The position numbers and the translations under genes were made by a program. This document shows, piece after piece, positions 1 through 9,660 of a DNA stretch of 64,000 bases. Source of the stretch: Savitreella phatthalungensis (taxonomy: Eukaryota); contig AP039709.1 of the NCBI GenBank assembly GCA_051599415.1, positions 62,001-126,000 of the forward strand. Reading direction: 5' to 3'. Each line of letters starts with the position of its first letter. Position 1 is the stretch's first letter. Below the pieces are notes generated by a model, which did not search any database, had not been told where the DNA came from, and saw only the letters and a list, made by a program, of their open reading frames with translations.

Positions 1-28
1 GTGTACGGATGGGAGAAAGGTCACCTAC

Positions 29-361
29 CGTCGGATCCGAGATGAGGGAGCGCCCCATGGAGAAAACAGCGGCGCCGACGCCGAGCAGCAGGACAGCGGC
101 CAGTGGGACAAGCTCCGGGGGGACTAATTTGTCAGCTCAGACTGTTCTGTGTGAGGAGCATCAATCGACATCGAACTCACTGTTCTTCAAACGCGCGAGA
201 CGGGTGCCGGCGGTCTGAGCGTGGTGCTTGCGGCTTGCGGGCTCTTCGGCATTACGCAGCATGCGTGACGCTTGAGCCAGCGTACGACGCTGGCTGACAG
301 GCGCGACGAGGTTCGCCTGACGCTGAAGGAGCAAATTGCTGTTGCGGAACATGGTCTGCAT
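29..361 (-). CDS. NDUFA4/MLRQ (B12D)-like small mitochondrial membrane protein; spliced, 3' end runs off the window (exons 361-181 and 123-29)
   Basis: Intron 180-124 (GTGAGT..GCTGAC..TAG) joins MQTMFRN...RLKN to IPPELVPLAAVLLLGVGAAVFSMGRSLISDPT. A second donor, GTAGGT, follows at 28. PPELxPL + TM + DPT is the fungal MLRQ/B12D pattern. Confidence 0.75.
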
Positions 362-578
362 GATGGTGATGGAAAGCCTCTATGTTTCGTCGAAGGACCA
401 TTTTCTGCTTGTGTTCTCGGGTGAATCGCGGGACCGTCGGCGATGCACAACGACAAAAAGGCTAAAAAAAGGTGATCAGCTAAATAGAGAGGTTGAATTC
501 GAGGGACATATGGATGTTTCTGAAGACACCAAATTTCATATCGTCTACCACAGACTCATTGACAGTGTACTCGCTGAC

Positions 579-2723
579 TTAGAGAAAAAGGTCCTGTTCA
601 TTATCGTCGCTCCATCGCCCTCCGTCGCTGAAGAGCGTGTCCGTGTCATTCGACAAATAGCCGTCCCCTACGCCGAGCCTACTTGCTCGTCGGGGAACGA
701 ATGGGCGAGTGGCGAAGCACGCGGCCCCGTCGTCCGTAGTGTTTCCGTCGCTATCGGGCTGGGCGGGAGTCCTGGCAGGCTTGTGGGTTCGTCGTCGGGG
801 ACTCGATCTCGCACCCTTATTGTCGAACCTGTGTTGCGAGCTCATTTCGACATCAGAGGCGGACATGACCAGACCGCCGGACCCGCCTTGCTTGCCCTTG
901 CCTTTACTCAAAGCTCGACCTTGCTCGAGCAAACGTTCCAGTCGTAAGCGATTGCGAATGAAGAGGAGTCTTGGGAAGGTCGCGATCTGCCCGCCACGAA
1001 TCATATGCGTGAGGCGCTCCAGGGTCGGATCACTCAGAATGCGCGGGAAGTCAGATAGCCTGCTTTGAGGCCAAATGGTGATTGTGCCGTCGAACTTTTG
1101 TAGGAATACAGATGACCAATCTGTGCCTGTGGGTCGTGGGAGAAGCTCAAGGTCTCGCAGGACCTTCAGCCACTTCAGCAGGTCGTGCTTGATAAATTGT
1201 TCAAGTGCACTGCCGATAAAACCTCCGCGCCAGCCGCGACCCCGACGATGGGCAGTCGGTCTGCCCACTTGCCCTCTCGCCGAAAAAAACCAGAGTTTCA
1301 CGTGCGGATTCGCTTGCGCGACAATCGTGAAAGTCACATTGAAGTAGAGGTTTAGAGCATAGACCGGGATGTCCGTGCGAATCGAGCCGTCCTTCCACTT
1401 GTTTCCGAAGTTGTAAGGTATGATTCGCCCATCGCTGCTCTTCTGCATCAGTGGCACTGGCGGTAAAATGCTAGGGACCGCCGCTGAGGCAAGCAGAGCG
1501 GACCAAATAACCGTATCCGGAGCTGTGAGATAATTGATCAGCTTCGGCGGAGAATGCACATCATTAGGAATGCAAGTTATGTTGAGAACGCGACCTGTGC
1601 GCTCAAATGCCTCCTTGAATGTGGTCGACCCCCGAGTGAACGGTCTCGATCGCTCAGCCCAATCCGCGGGGTCGAACTGGGCCCCCGTCCTCCACCACCT
1701 TGCGACACAAGTCTTCATATCTTCGTGACAAGCGGTGATTTTGTAGCACAGCTCGGGCACAAGCAATGTCTTCAACTCCTCCTCCGTATACACGCAGCAT
1801 AGAGACGCAACGATGCCTCCGCCGCTTGTGCCAGTTATCACGTTGGGCAGAAGGCCCTGATCGAGTAAAGCTCGTACGACACCGAAGTGGTAGTAGGCAA
1901 ATGTTGCTCCCCCGGACAGACAAAGAGCTGTTCGCCCGTAATTCCGCGACATGGCCTTGGCGAGTAGCGCTCGTTCATTGCACGACGTGTCCTTGTCCTC
2001 AAGTATCATCTTCAGGCTTGCTTCCACCTCATCGTAGTAGATGTCCACTAGGTGTTTCGTACCATAGTAAGTCATACTGTACAGGCGCGGACTTTCAACA
2101 GCACAGAAGTTGGACTTCACGCAGTCTGTCAGGAGTCGTCGCAGTTCATCCTTGTCGCTCACGGCACGTGCCGCTCTGAGCTGCCTGGCCATCTTGCGAA
2201 TGCTTCGCCAGTCATAGTAATCGTATTCGGGATCCTGCTTCCATTCTTCATGACCTTGAGAAATATCGAGTGCGAGCGCTGCTTCCTTCCATTCTTCGTA
2301 AGTATTGACTTTGCGGAGCCTGTCTCTCAGCCGGCCCTGTTCGCCAGTCCATAGCCAAAAGTTCTCGTACGCAGCAACATATACTCGAGTCAGAGCGTAG
2401 AAGAACGCGAGCGCGAATATCCAGCCGAAAATGAAGATCAAAAGAGGAAATCGGAGGAGCATGAAAATTGTGGAATGGCCGTGTTCATCAAGGCCGGCAT
2501 TTTTACGCCTTCCGGACTTGCGTTTTTTGCCGTGCTGGAGGTATTCCTTGACTGGACGCCAGTCATTGAGGGCTTTGATAAACTCAACAGGTTGCTCGTC
2601 CTTCGCATCAGCGTCGAGTGCGAGCTTGTAAGCCTGTAGTTCTGCAGCTCTGTGGCCCCCCTCATCTGTTCCGTCTTGCCAGACTGTGGCAAACACGTCT
2701 GTCTCTTTAGATTGTGATGTCAT
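579..2723 (-). CDS. Patatin-like triacylglycerol lipase (Tgl3/4/5 family)
   Basis: LSGGA oxyanion motif, GTSGG nucleophile elbow, WKDGS catalytic Asp and an N-terminal hydrophobic segment. First ATG is at 2723 (the ORF track starts at a TTG). Confidence 0.93.
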   Translation of the reverse strand: MTSQSKETDVFATVWQDGTDEGGHRAAELQAYKLALDADAKDEQPVEFIKALNDWRPVKEYLQHGKKRKSGRRKNAGLDEHGHSTIFMLLRFPLLIFIFGWIFALAFFYALTRVYVAAYENFWLWTGEQGRLRDRLRKVNTYEEWKEAALALDISQGHEEWKQDPEYDYYDWRSIRKMARQLRAARAVSDKDELRRLLTDCVKSNFCAVESPRLYSMTYYGTKHLVDIYYDEVEASLKMILEDKDTSCNERALLAKAMSRNYGRTALCLSGGATFAYYHFGVVRALLDQGLLPNVITGTSGGGIVASLCCVYTEEELKTLLVPELCYKITACHEDMKTCVARWWRTGAQFDPADWAERSRPFTRGSTTFKEAFERTGRVLNITCIPNDVHSPPKLINYLTAPDTVIWSALLASAAVPSILPPVPLMQKSSDGRIIPYNFGNKWKDGSIRTDIPVYALNLYFNVTFTIVAQANPHVKLWFFSARGQVGRPTAHRRGRGWRGGFIGSALEQFIKHDLLKWLKVLRDLELLPRPTGTDWSSVFLQKFDGTITIWPQSRLSDFPRILSDPTLERLTHMIRGGQIATFPRLLFIRNRLRLERLLEQGRALSKGKGKQGGSGGLVMSASDVEMSSQHRFDNKGARSSPRRRTHKPARTPAQPDSDGNTTDDGAACFATRPFVPRRASRLGVGDGYLSNDTDTLFSDGGRWSDDNEQDLFL

Positions 2724-3494
2724 GTGGATGAAATGGCTCACAGTCCTCAATTGATGATTGAAGTGCTTGTCACAGCCTGTCTCCGCCTCGATGTTTGTGG
2801 CTAGAAGTTCATGCCGATCTTGAGTCGGCTCTCAAAGCTTCTGCTCCTGATCCAGACGGATATACTCTCTCTCCTCTGAGAACTCTGTTCTAGATCATAC
2901 AATAGGTACAACGAACACAATCTAATGCGAGAATGTGTGCTCTTTGTCTGTCGATGACGCTGCTATTGATTCCTCGATTGCAAGCACATGCAACGATCCC
3001 ATGCATGTTCAACCGCTATCGATGCATGGCAGGCGGTGCTGGGCCCGATCTGGTATCAGTCTTCCATTGTGGATCAAATGCTGGTTTAATCTGACGTGGG
3101 TTATTTCACATCAATCACGGTGAGACCAGATCTAGTCTGATCTAAATCTTTTACACCTCACTTATCAATACCGGCCGTGCACATTGACTGGCTTGATGGG
3201 CAGATAACTGAACTGTGAAGGATATCAGTATAGTGTACACCTACAAGAGAATTCTCATTACGAACAATAACAAGGCATATCAGGGTTCAAGTATTCATTC
3301 ATTTCTTCGAATATCCAATTAGAATCGACCTGCTCAGCTCAATCGTTGCAATGCATGATTTACATGATCGGGCTCGCTGCGATGCACAGCTAGTCGAATC
3401 GTTCACTCCGAACCTGTAGTGGACGTCTTTCGTCGAGGTGGATGCCCAGACTGAGGAGTCAGAAATTGCCCATTAGGTTCATCCATTGTCGTAT

Positions 3495-4897
3495 ATGAGG
3501 CATGGCGTCGGCTTTGCGCACCTCAGAACGACATACAGGCTGCCGATTCGACATCACAGGTTTCTCCGCCGGCCTTACTCGATTCTCGGCATAGAAACGT
3601 CGTGTGACGATACTTGCGTCTCAGTGTATGTCCGAAGTCACCTGAGGCTTCTCGCAGACTGCCGATGAGCTAACACTGTCTTAGCTTGTCATTCAATGCC
3701 TCTGAGAAGGGTGGCAGACCGAAGATCGCTTTCGAACGCATCATCCGTTCTCTCGACCTGAATGAAATGCATGGTGGGATTCATCCGCTTGTTGCTCTCG
3801 AATCTCACAAGCGCAACATAACGCAGCTCATTAACGATGCGATCATGCACTGTTCGAGATCCAAGCTCGGCCTAGGGGCCATTGCTTGTACCCAAGGACC
3901 TGGGATGCGTCGTAGCCTGGAAGTCGGCATCGACGCCGCCCAGACATGTTCTGCTAGGCTCGGCGTCCCGCTGATTGGTGTCCACCATATGCAGGCTCAC
4001 GCTCTGACACCAAGACTGTTGAATGACGAAAAGTCCCCAGAATTTCCTTATCTGAGTCTACTCGTCTCTGGCGGACATACACTGCTCGTCCATTCGCAGG
4101 CCGTGGCTGATCACCGGATCCTGGCTACAACGCGGGACATTGCAATCGGCGACATGATTGACAAAGTCGCTAGGCTACTGAACGTTTCTTGGCAAGGTCA
4201 AATGCCTGGCGCCGCTCTCGAGAGCTGGTGTCGGGACGCATCCGCAAGTGAGAACGAGAAAGCGTATATACCATTGTCAGCGTCTATCGACCGAGCACAT
4301 CTCGCGCATCGTTTCACCTTGACGCGACCCCTGCATGCTAAGCTCAACATCGACGGTCAGCGGCACGAGCGCATGGGTTTCAGCTTCAGCGGGCTAGGAA
4401 CCCAGGTCGAGCGTATCCTGCGCCGAAATGGTGATTTGACCGCGGTCGAGCGGATCGCGCTTGGCGGGGAGGCAATGCGCCATGCCTTCGAGCATGCTGC
4501 TGTGAAAGTAGTGTCCGCTCTGAAAGCGGAGCCTGCGGTTGACGCGCGCACCTGCGAGCGGTTGACATATCCTTCGGGCATGGAAAAGTGTAATGCGCTG
4601 GTTGTCAGTGGCGGCGTTGCAAGGAACATGTATCTGCGCCAAATCCTCCGTCAGCATCTCGAAGCTGCTGGTTTCGCCAGGATCCCAATCATTTGTCCTC
4701 CACTGGAGCTTTGCTCAGACAATGCAACGATGATCGCCTGGGCCGCGTTCGAGATGATGCGGGAAGGTCTTGCTGAAGGGGTTCACTGTCGGTCTTTGCC
4801 GACGGAACGGCGCGTTTTCGAAGCCCGTCCTAAATGGTCGCTGACGGACCTTCTGACAAGGGAGCCGACCCGCAATTTGGTACAACAGGCCAGCTAA
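3495..4897 (+). CDS. QRI7: Mitochondrial tRNA N6-threonylcarbamoyltransferase (Qri7/TsaD); exons 3495-3625 and 3685-4897
   Basis: Exon 1 has an Arg-rich presequence and LGIETSCDDT. Intron GTATGT..GCTAAC..TAG (3626-3684) restores the frame. HHMQAH, VSGGHT, SGGVA and SDNATMIAW motifs are present. Confidence 0.95.
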
Positions 4898-4931
4898 CTG
4901 ATTGATACATGCAAAGAAACTCATGTCAAAA

Positions 4932-7900
4932 CTATCTTCGAGTTTTGCGTCCTCCTGCTTTCTCGCCGCCTCCGCCTTTCTTCTTCTGGAACAGCTTTTG
5001 GACAGCAGACAAATTTTTGCTGGCATTTGAAGCTGGAGCCTTGCGTATTCCGTGCTTTTGGCTACCCCGGGGACCCAATGGGTCGGAGCGCGCTACACCT
5101 GCACGATCGTTCCGAAGAGCCACCGTGGCATGACCACGCTGTTGTACCCTTGCCGGCTTATCACCATCAATCATCATCTCGTCATCCTCGCCGTCGTCGT
5201 CGAATCGTTGCTCGTTCTTGTTGGTGAACCTGACGCCACCTTTGGCAGTGCGTCGATTATCACGTCGAGCTGCCATGAAATCAGCCTGCCCAGCGATTGG
5301 TTGAGAGCGCTGCGTCGAGGTGATCTGGTCCCGAGTATTCCTCGGTTCCTGTCGATCGTCGAAAACGAAGCGACCGGTGTCGTGATCGACTCGGAAGTTG
5401 GCCCGCGCACTTGGCATGCGCTGCTTGGCTCTCAGTCGCGCTCGTTCTGCTGGGTTGGTCGACGATACGTGAGCGAGGGCAGACGAATCAAGCAGATCTA
5501 TTGGCTCGTCGCCATCTTCTTGAATATAGGCCGCCGCTCGAGTGCTCCTGGATTTTGCCTCGGGCACGTTTTCCTCGTCCTCGTCGTCCGACACCTCAGA
5601 CTCGCTCTCAAGCATCGCGCGCTCGAATGCATCACCGCTCTGTACTGTAGCTGGAAGATTCCCTGCAGGTGTTTCTTCCTGCTTCGCCTTTCGCTTGCGA
5701 CGTTCTTGTGACTTGCGAATGTTGTTCAGTAGCTTCTTGTCCTCCTCTGGCATATATGCATCGATCGCATCAAAGCCAAAGCGACGTACCATGCGCTCAA
5801 GAAGGTGCTTCACTTTCGAGCGGAAGTCGCGGGCATGAAGATGCGACCAACCTAAAAGATGCTCGACAAATTTGTCAAGTCGCGGCCGTACCAGATCCAC
5901 TGGCAGGGAAATGACGACGACTTTGTAAAATCCTAGAGCGCTTCGTGCCACCTCTCGGTCGCGGCTCTCTAGAATAGGCTCCATTGTGTCGAGCAGATCA
6001 GACACAAATTCGCGGTCCATAGAGTCGCGGAACTCGAACAGCACACGCGACAGCGCCGTGACAGACGCAGAAACAAGATGCTGGTTGTCTGATCCCAGGC
6101 CACCTTGTAGCATCATCACGTATTCTGCTAAGCTTGCGTCGACATCGCCAGCGTCTGCCAGACCAAGCTGAGAATTTCGAACCTTGCCTCCACTTTGCAT
6201 GCGGGCACCCATGAAGACCAGGAGGTCGAATGCCATAGTTCGGGTCTTTTCATTCTGTTCTTTCGTCGCCATGACGACTTCGGACAGCACGCCAGGCACA
6301 AAGTGAAGGTCTCGGTCCGGAACATGCTCGAAAATTCTCAACATAGCATGCAGTCGATCTTTCCTGGCCGCCGCCGATGTCGTGGCAGTCGTGTCGAGAA
6401 ATAAATTCTCAATCACGTCGATCTTAGCCGCCAGAAGCTCGAGCCCTTCCGGACAAACAGCCATGGTGTTGAGGGCTTTATAAGCCTTCTTCTGCATTTG
6501 TCCGCTATCTCCCGGGATGTGAGTGCGGATAAGCTCGAGTACGAGCTGTAATCCAGGTTTGCCGAGATGAGGGACGAAGGCTAACACTAAGTCCATAGCC
6601 GTCGACTTCATCGGTGGAATGATTTTGCTGTTATCCGGCACATCGGGCTCGCCAACGGACTGCGCAAGCAATTCGAGCACTTGCGCGAAGTTCGACTCGA
6701 TGTCTGGCAAGGATGCAACCGATAAGAATCCTTTGATAGTCTCGAGAATGTATCCGCGGGACATGGGTAACGTTTGAGAATAGACGTTGAAGAGCAGTGA
6801 AAGGAAGTTGCCCGCGAACTTCTGCATGTGCTTCAAGTGCGTCTGCAACTTTGACGCTGAGGTCTGCAAATTGATCTTGAGCTCGTCATCACTGAGTTGT
6901 TCTGCAAGCACCTGATGTGGTATTAAGCATAGATTCTGGAGGGCCAGACAAACCGTGGGCCGGAGCTCTGGTTGCTGGTAAAGTACATTCCCGAGCAATT
7001 CCGCGAATTCCTGGTCGAACGCCTCACGAAGGTCGATAGGTAACTCGCAAAAGCCGGGTAGCGTGGACCAGATCTGATTGATAACGGTGGCAAAGATCTT
7101 CGCGTCGACATCGCCGTCTAGAGAACGAGGGTAGAATTGCTCGCAGAGTGGAACGAGCTCAGTCTTGAAGAATCCGAGCTCTGTATGCTTGACATAGTCT
7201 CTCAAAAGTGGCAGAAGCCATGCCCTGCCATCGCCTGTAGTCAGACCAAGCGGGAGCACTCGTAGGAAGGACCGCGCACCAACGGCCTCGATAGCTGCGC
7301 CGAGCACCTGGTCAATATGAGGCCTGTCGTCGAGACTTTCACGTGCCCTCGCCAGGATTGGTAAGCTCTCGAGAAGCAACGGATCCGCTTTGGACTTCAG
7401 CTTGCCAAAGAGTATGCCCAAAATGGCTGCAAGCTCAGCCCTGGCGACCCGATACTTTGTTCCGCCACTCAGGGCCCTTAGAACGGTGCTAGATATGCTT
7501 TGAACAGCCGGCGTGGACGTGCGTGTCGGCAGACAGCTCAAAATGAGAGACTGTAGACAATCGGAAGCCGTTTGTCTGATGGGGGCCAGATCGGATTGCA
7601 GATACGGGAAGACTGCTTTGAAGATCTGCGGTCCTTGAACAGCAGTGAGCTCAGGTAGAACGCCGGACAATAGCTCGTAACCACGAGATAGCACATTGAG
7701 CCATGGTGGTAGAACGTTCGTGTCGCGTGCGTTGGGCTTCATGGACACGATCGTCTTCAGCAGATCTTCGAGTCGACTTGAATCGATGGAGGTGGCGCCC
7801 TGGTCAAACACCTTCTCAAATACCTCAAACGCAATGACAGTCACGAAGCCCTCGCCTAGCTCAGCGACGCCACGTAAAAGCAAGTCACACAAACGATCGA

Positions 7901-8561
7901 CGTGTGCGACGGGCCATGAAATCGTGCTCGCGACCGTCTTGATGGTCTGTAAGGTATGAAGCAAACCTGTACGTTCGTTGTTGCCAATGTGAGTCGCGGC
8001 TGTCTTGAGCAGCTCGTCTGCCACCATGATCGCTGGCAGAGAATCTCGCGTTATTGACTGTGGCGCTTTTGTGAGCACATAAGCCGTCGCTTCTGCAGCT
8101 GTGCGTCGCACTTTAGGTCTGTGGTCTAGTGTCAGGTACAGCAAAGAACGCATCGCCTGCTGGACGGCGGCATCCCGCCATGACTCGTTCGTCTGAGAAG
8201 CAAGCAGCTCACGCAACACGCCTACAGCCGCACGGACTGTGGCATTCTCCGAGCTGTTGAGAAGAGGTACGAGCAAGTTGAGCGTCTGGACAAACTTGCT
8301 GACAAGCAATGGTTGTGGCGCATCGGAAATGATGATGTCGAGCAGATGAGCAGCTGCATACGCTGTTTCCTGGTTCAAGATCTCTTGTCCCGAGACCGAA
8401 GAGTCGAGCAGAGCGAGTAGGCTAGCGAAGTAAGCGGTAGGACTCGGTGTACTCCCGCTCGCTTTGATAGTATCCTCGACAGCAGCCAAGACAACGGCGA
8501 CCCGCGAGAGAACACTGCCTTTTGCCTGTCGATGCGCTCTGACGCCCTCGAGCTTATTCAT
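4932..8561 (-). CDS. RRP12: HEAT-repeat ribosome biogenesis protein Rrp12
   Basis: About 1200 aa helical repeat protein with DHRPKVRR, GRAWLLPLLRD, QIWSTLPGFC and KVKHLLERMVRRFG, plus a charged C-terminal tail. Confidence 0.95.
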   Translation of the reverse strand: MNKLEGVRAHRQAKGSVLSRVAVVLAAVEDTIKASGSTPSPTAYFASLLALLDSSVSGQEILNQETAYAAAHLLDIIISDAPQPLLVSKFVQTLNLLVPLLNSSENATVRAAVGVLRELLASQTNESWRDAAVQQAMRSLLYLTLDHRPKVRRTAAEATAYVLTKAPQSITRDSLPAIMVADELLKTAATHIGNNERTGLLHTLQTIKTVASTISWPVAHVDRLCDLLLRGVAELGEGFVTVIAFEVFEKVFDQGATSIDSSRLEDLLKTIVSMKPNARDTNVLPPWLNVLSRGYELLSGVLPELTAVQGPQIFKAVFPYLQSDLAPIRQTASDCLQSLILSCLPTRTSTPAVQSISSTVLRALSGGTKYRVARAELAAILGILFGKLKSKADPLLLESLPILARARESLDDRPHIDQVLGAAIEAVGARSFLRVLPLGLTTGDGRAWLLPLLRDYVKHTELGFFKTELVPLCEQFYPRSLDGDVDAKIFATVINQIWSTLPGFCELPIDLREAFDQEFAELLGNVLYQQPELRPTVCLALQNLCLIPHQVLAEQLSDDELKINLQTSASKLQTHLKHMQKFAGNFLSLLFNVYSQTLPMSRGYILETIKGFLSVASLPDIESNFAQVLELLAQSVGEPDVPDNSKIIPPMKSTAMDLVLAFVPHLGKPGLQLVLELIRTHIPGDSGQMQKKAYKALNTMAVCPEGLELLAAKIDVIENLFLDTTATTSAAARKDRLHAMLRIFEHVPDRDLHFVPGVLSEVVMATKEQNEKTRTMAFDLLVFMGARMQSGGKVRNSQLGLADAGDVDASLAEYVMMLQGGLGSDNQHLVSASVTALSRVLFEFRDSMDREFVSDLLDTMEPILESRDREVARSALGFYKVVVISLPVDLVRPRLDKFVEHLLGWSHLHARDFRSKVKHLLERMVRRFGFDAIDAYMPEEDKKLLNNIRKSQERRKRKAKQEETPAGNLPATVQSGDAFERAMLESESEVSDDEDEENVPEAKSRSTRAAAYIQEDGDEPIDLLDSSALAHVSSTNPAERARLRAKQRMPSARANFRVDHDTGRFVFDDRQEPRNTRDQITSTQRSQPIAGQADFMAARRDNRRTAKGGVRFTNKNEQRFDDDGEDDEMMIDGDKPARVQQRGHATVALRNDRAGVARSDPLGPRGSQKHGIRKAPASNASKNLSAVQKLFQKKKGGGGEKAGGRKTRR

Positions 8562-9014
8562 TTTGAGAAGAGATGCTCGAAAGCCTCTGGTCAGAGAGCT
8601 GCCAAGCAACTATGATCACGCTCTGTAGTCGTATCCGTGGGTGCCTGAAGACGGAGCTGGCCTCTAGTCGAGATTGATCATCCACGTGCTCCTGGGTGCG
8701 CTGCTATGCTCACATGCATTTCCTAGACAGAATGCATAATAGCTTTACAAATTGATCCAACTTGAACCGATCGATTCACATAGTGAGTGCAGGTCACCAC
8801 GGAGCGCAGAGCTCTCAATATCGCAAGCTACGAGGTCGAAGGGTGCAGAGATCGCCTAATGCACGTATACGTGACAATCGTCGCCTACCACGCATTATAT
8901 GTCTGGCTCGTGTCAGATTACGCTCTCCCAATCACAAAAGTTGTTGTTCTATCTCGGTCAGGACGTTACCACTGATGTTAGAAGTATCCAATCAGAGTAC
9001 TATTGAATCTGGCC

Positions 9015-9588
9015 TTGGACACAAGCTTTATCAATTTGGCTGCTGTCGATACGTGAACTGTGCCGTCCAATAACTCTGAATGCGCTGAAAGCCGGTGTGG
9101 TATCTCACGACGTTGTATTAAAGACGAGTTGCTAAATATGGAAACTTGTGAAGCTGAAAGTCCAACTCGGCCACGTTACTCAGCGAATAGATTACCGATA
9201 GAATTCCTTGCATTGGGCTCGCGTAGCAACGGAGTTTTGAGCACACTATTCTGAAAGTGAACTGAGTGGCCGAGCACATTCGCGTCATGCCATAGCTGAT
9301 CCTAGAATTTGATGATTCTTTCCTGGATGATCTGGGCCGCGTAAAACCTACGTACATAGGTATACAGTATGCTGCTCTTTACCGGACTACCGGCTGGGCT
9401 ACACCATGCCGTTTTTGCTACACATTCGGCTACCAGTGCCGTCAGCTTGCTAATCTTGAAACGCCTATGAGATTTGCATCACTCGAGTCAACCTTTTGCC
9501 AAGCAACAGCAACATTCGATGCAGAAACAGATCATCAGGACAGCTGTTGTCTGACTGCCGCACGAAAGAGGGCGATATCCTGATTCTA
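9015..9588 (+). ncRNA. Candidate structured non-coding RNA (two rod hairpins plus a box C/D-closed domain); class unassigned
   Basis: Manual pairing: 9015-9056/9105-9165 and 9166-9211/9226-9274. TAGAA-TT-TGATGA (9303-9315) pairs with CTGA-TTCTA (9580-9588). Several G-U pairs favour the + strand. No credible ORF. Confidence 0.5.
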
Positions 9589-9660
9589 TGCTGAGTCAAT
9601 AGCTTGGCCAGATCGGTGACGATTCTTCTGCAGCCAGGCTACCACTGCAGTGCGTCCCTC

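Noticed and set aside
336..947. 203-aa + strand ORF and the many similar antisense ORFs (e.g. 5052-5711, 37657-38322, 38779-39447, 42866-43783, 45705-46385)
   Set aside because: They are shadows of well-supported genes on the opposite strand and carry no motifs of their own.
9156..9165. GAAAGTCC resembling RNase P/MRP CR-I
   Set aside because: No convincing CR-V/P4 partner downstream, and the sequence pairs locally with 9015-9020.
9275..9335. U14-like snippets ACATTCGC and TTCCTGGATG
   Set aside because: No flanking C and D boxes in the U14 arrangement, and domain B is not followed by CTGA.
9408..9430. GCCG-TTTTT-..-CGGC resembling a telomerase pseudoknot P2b
   Set aside because: No downstream P3 partner for the loop and no telomere-like template found nearby.
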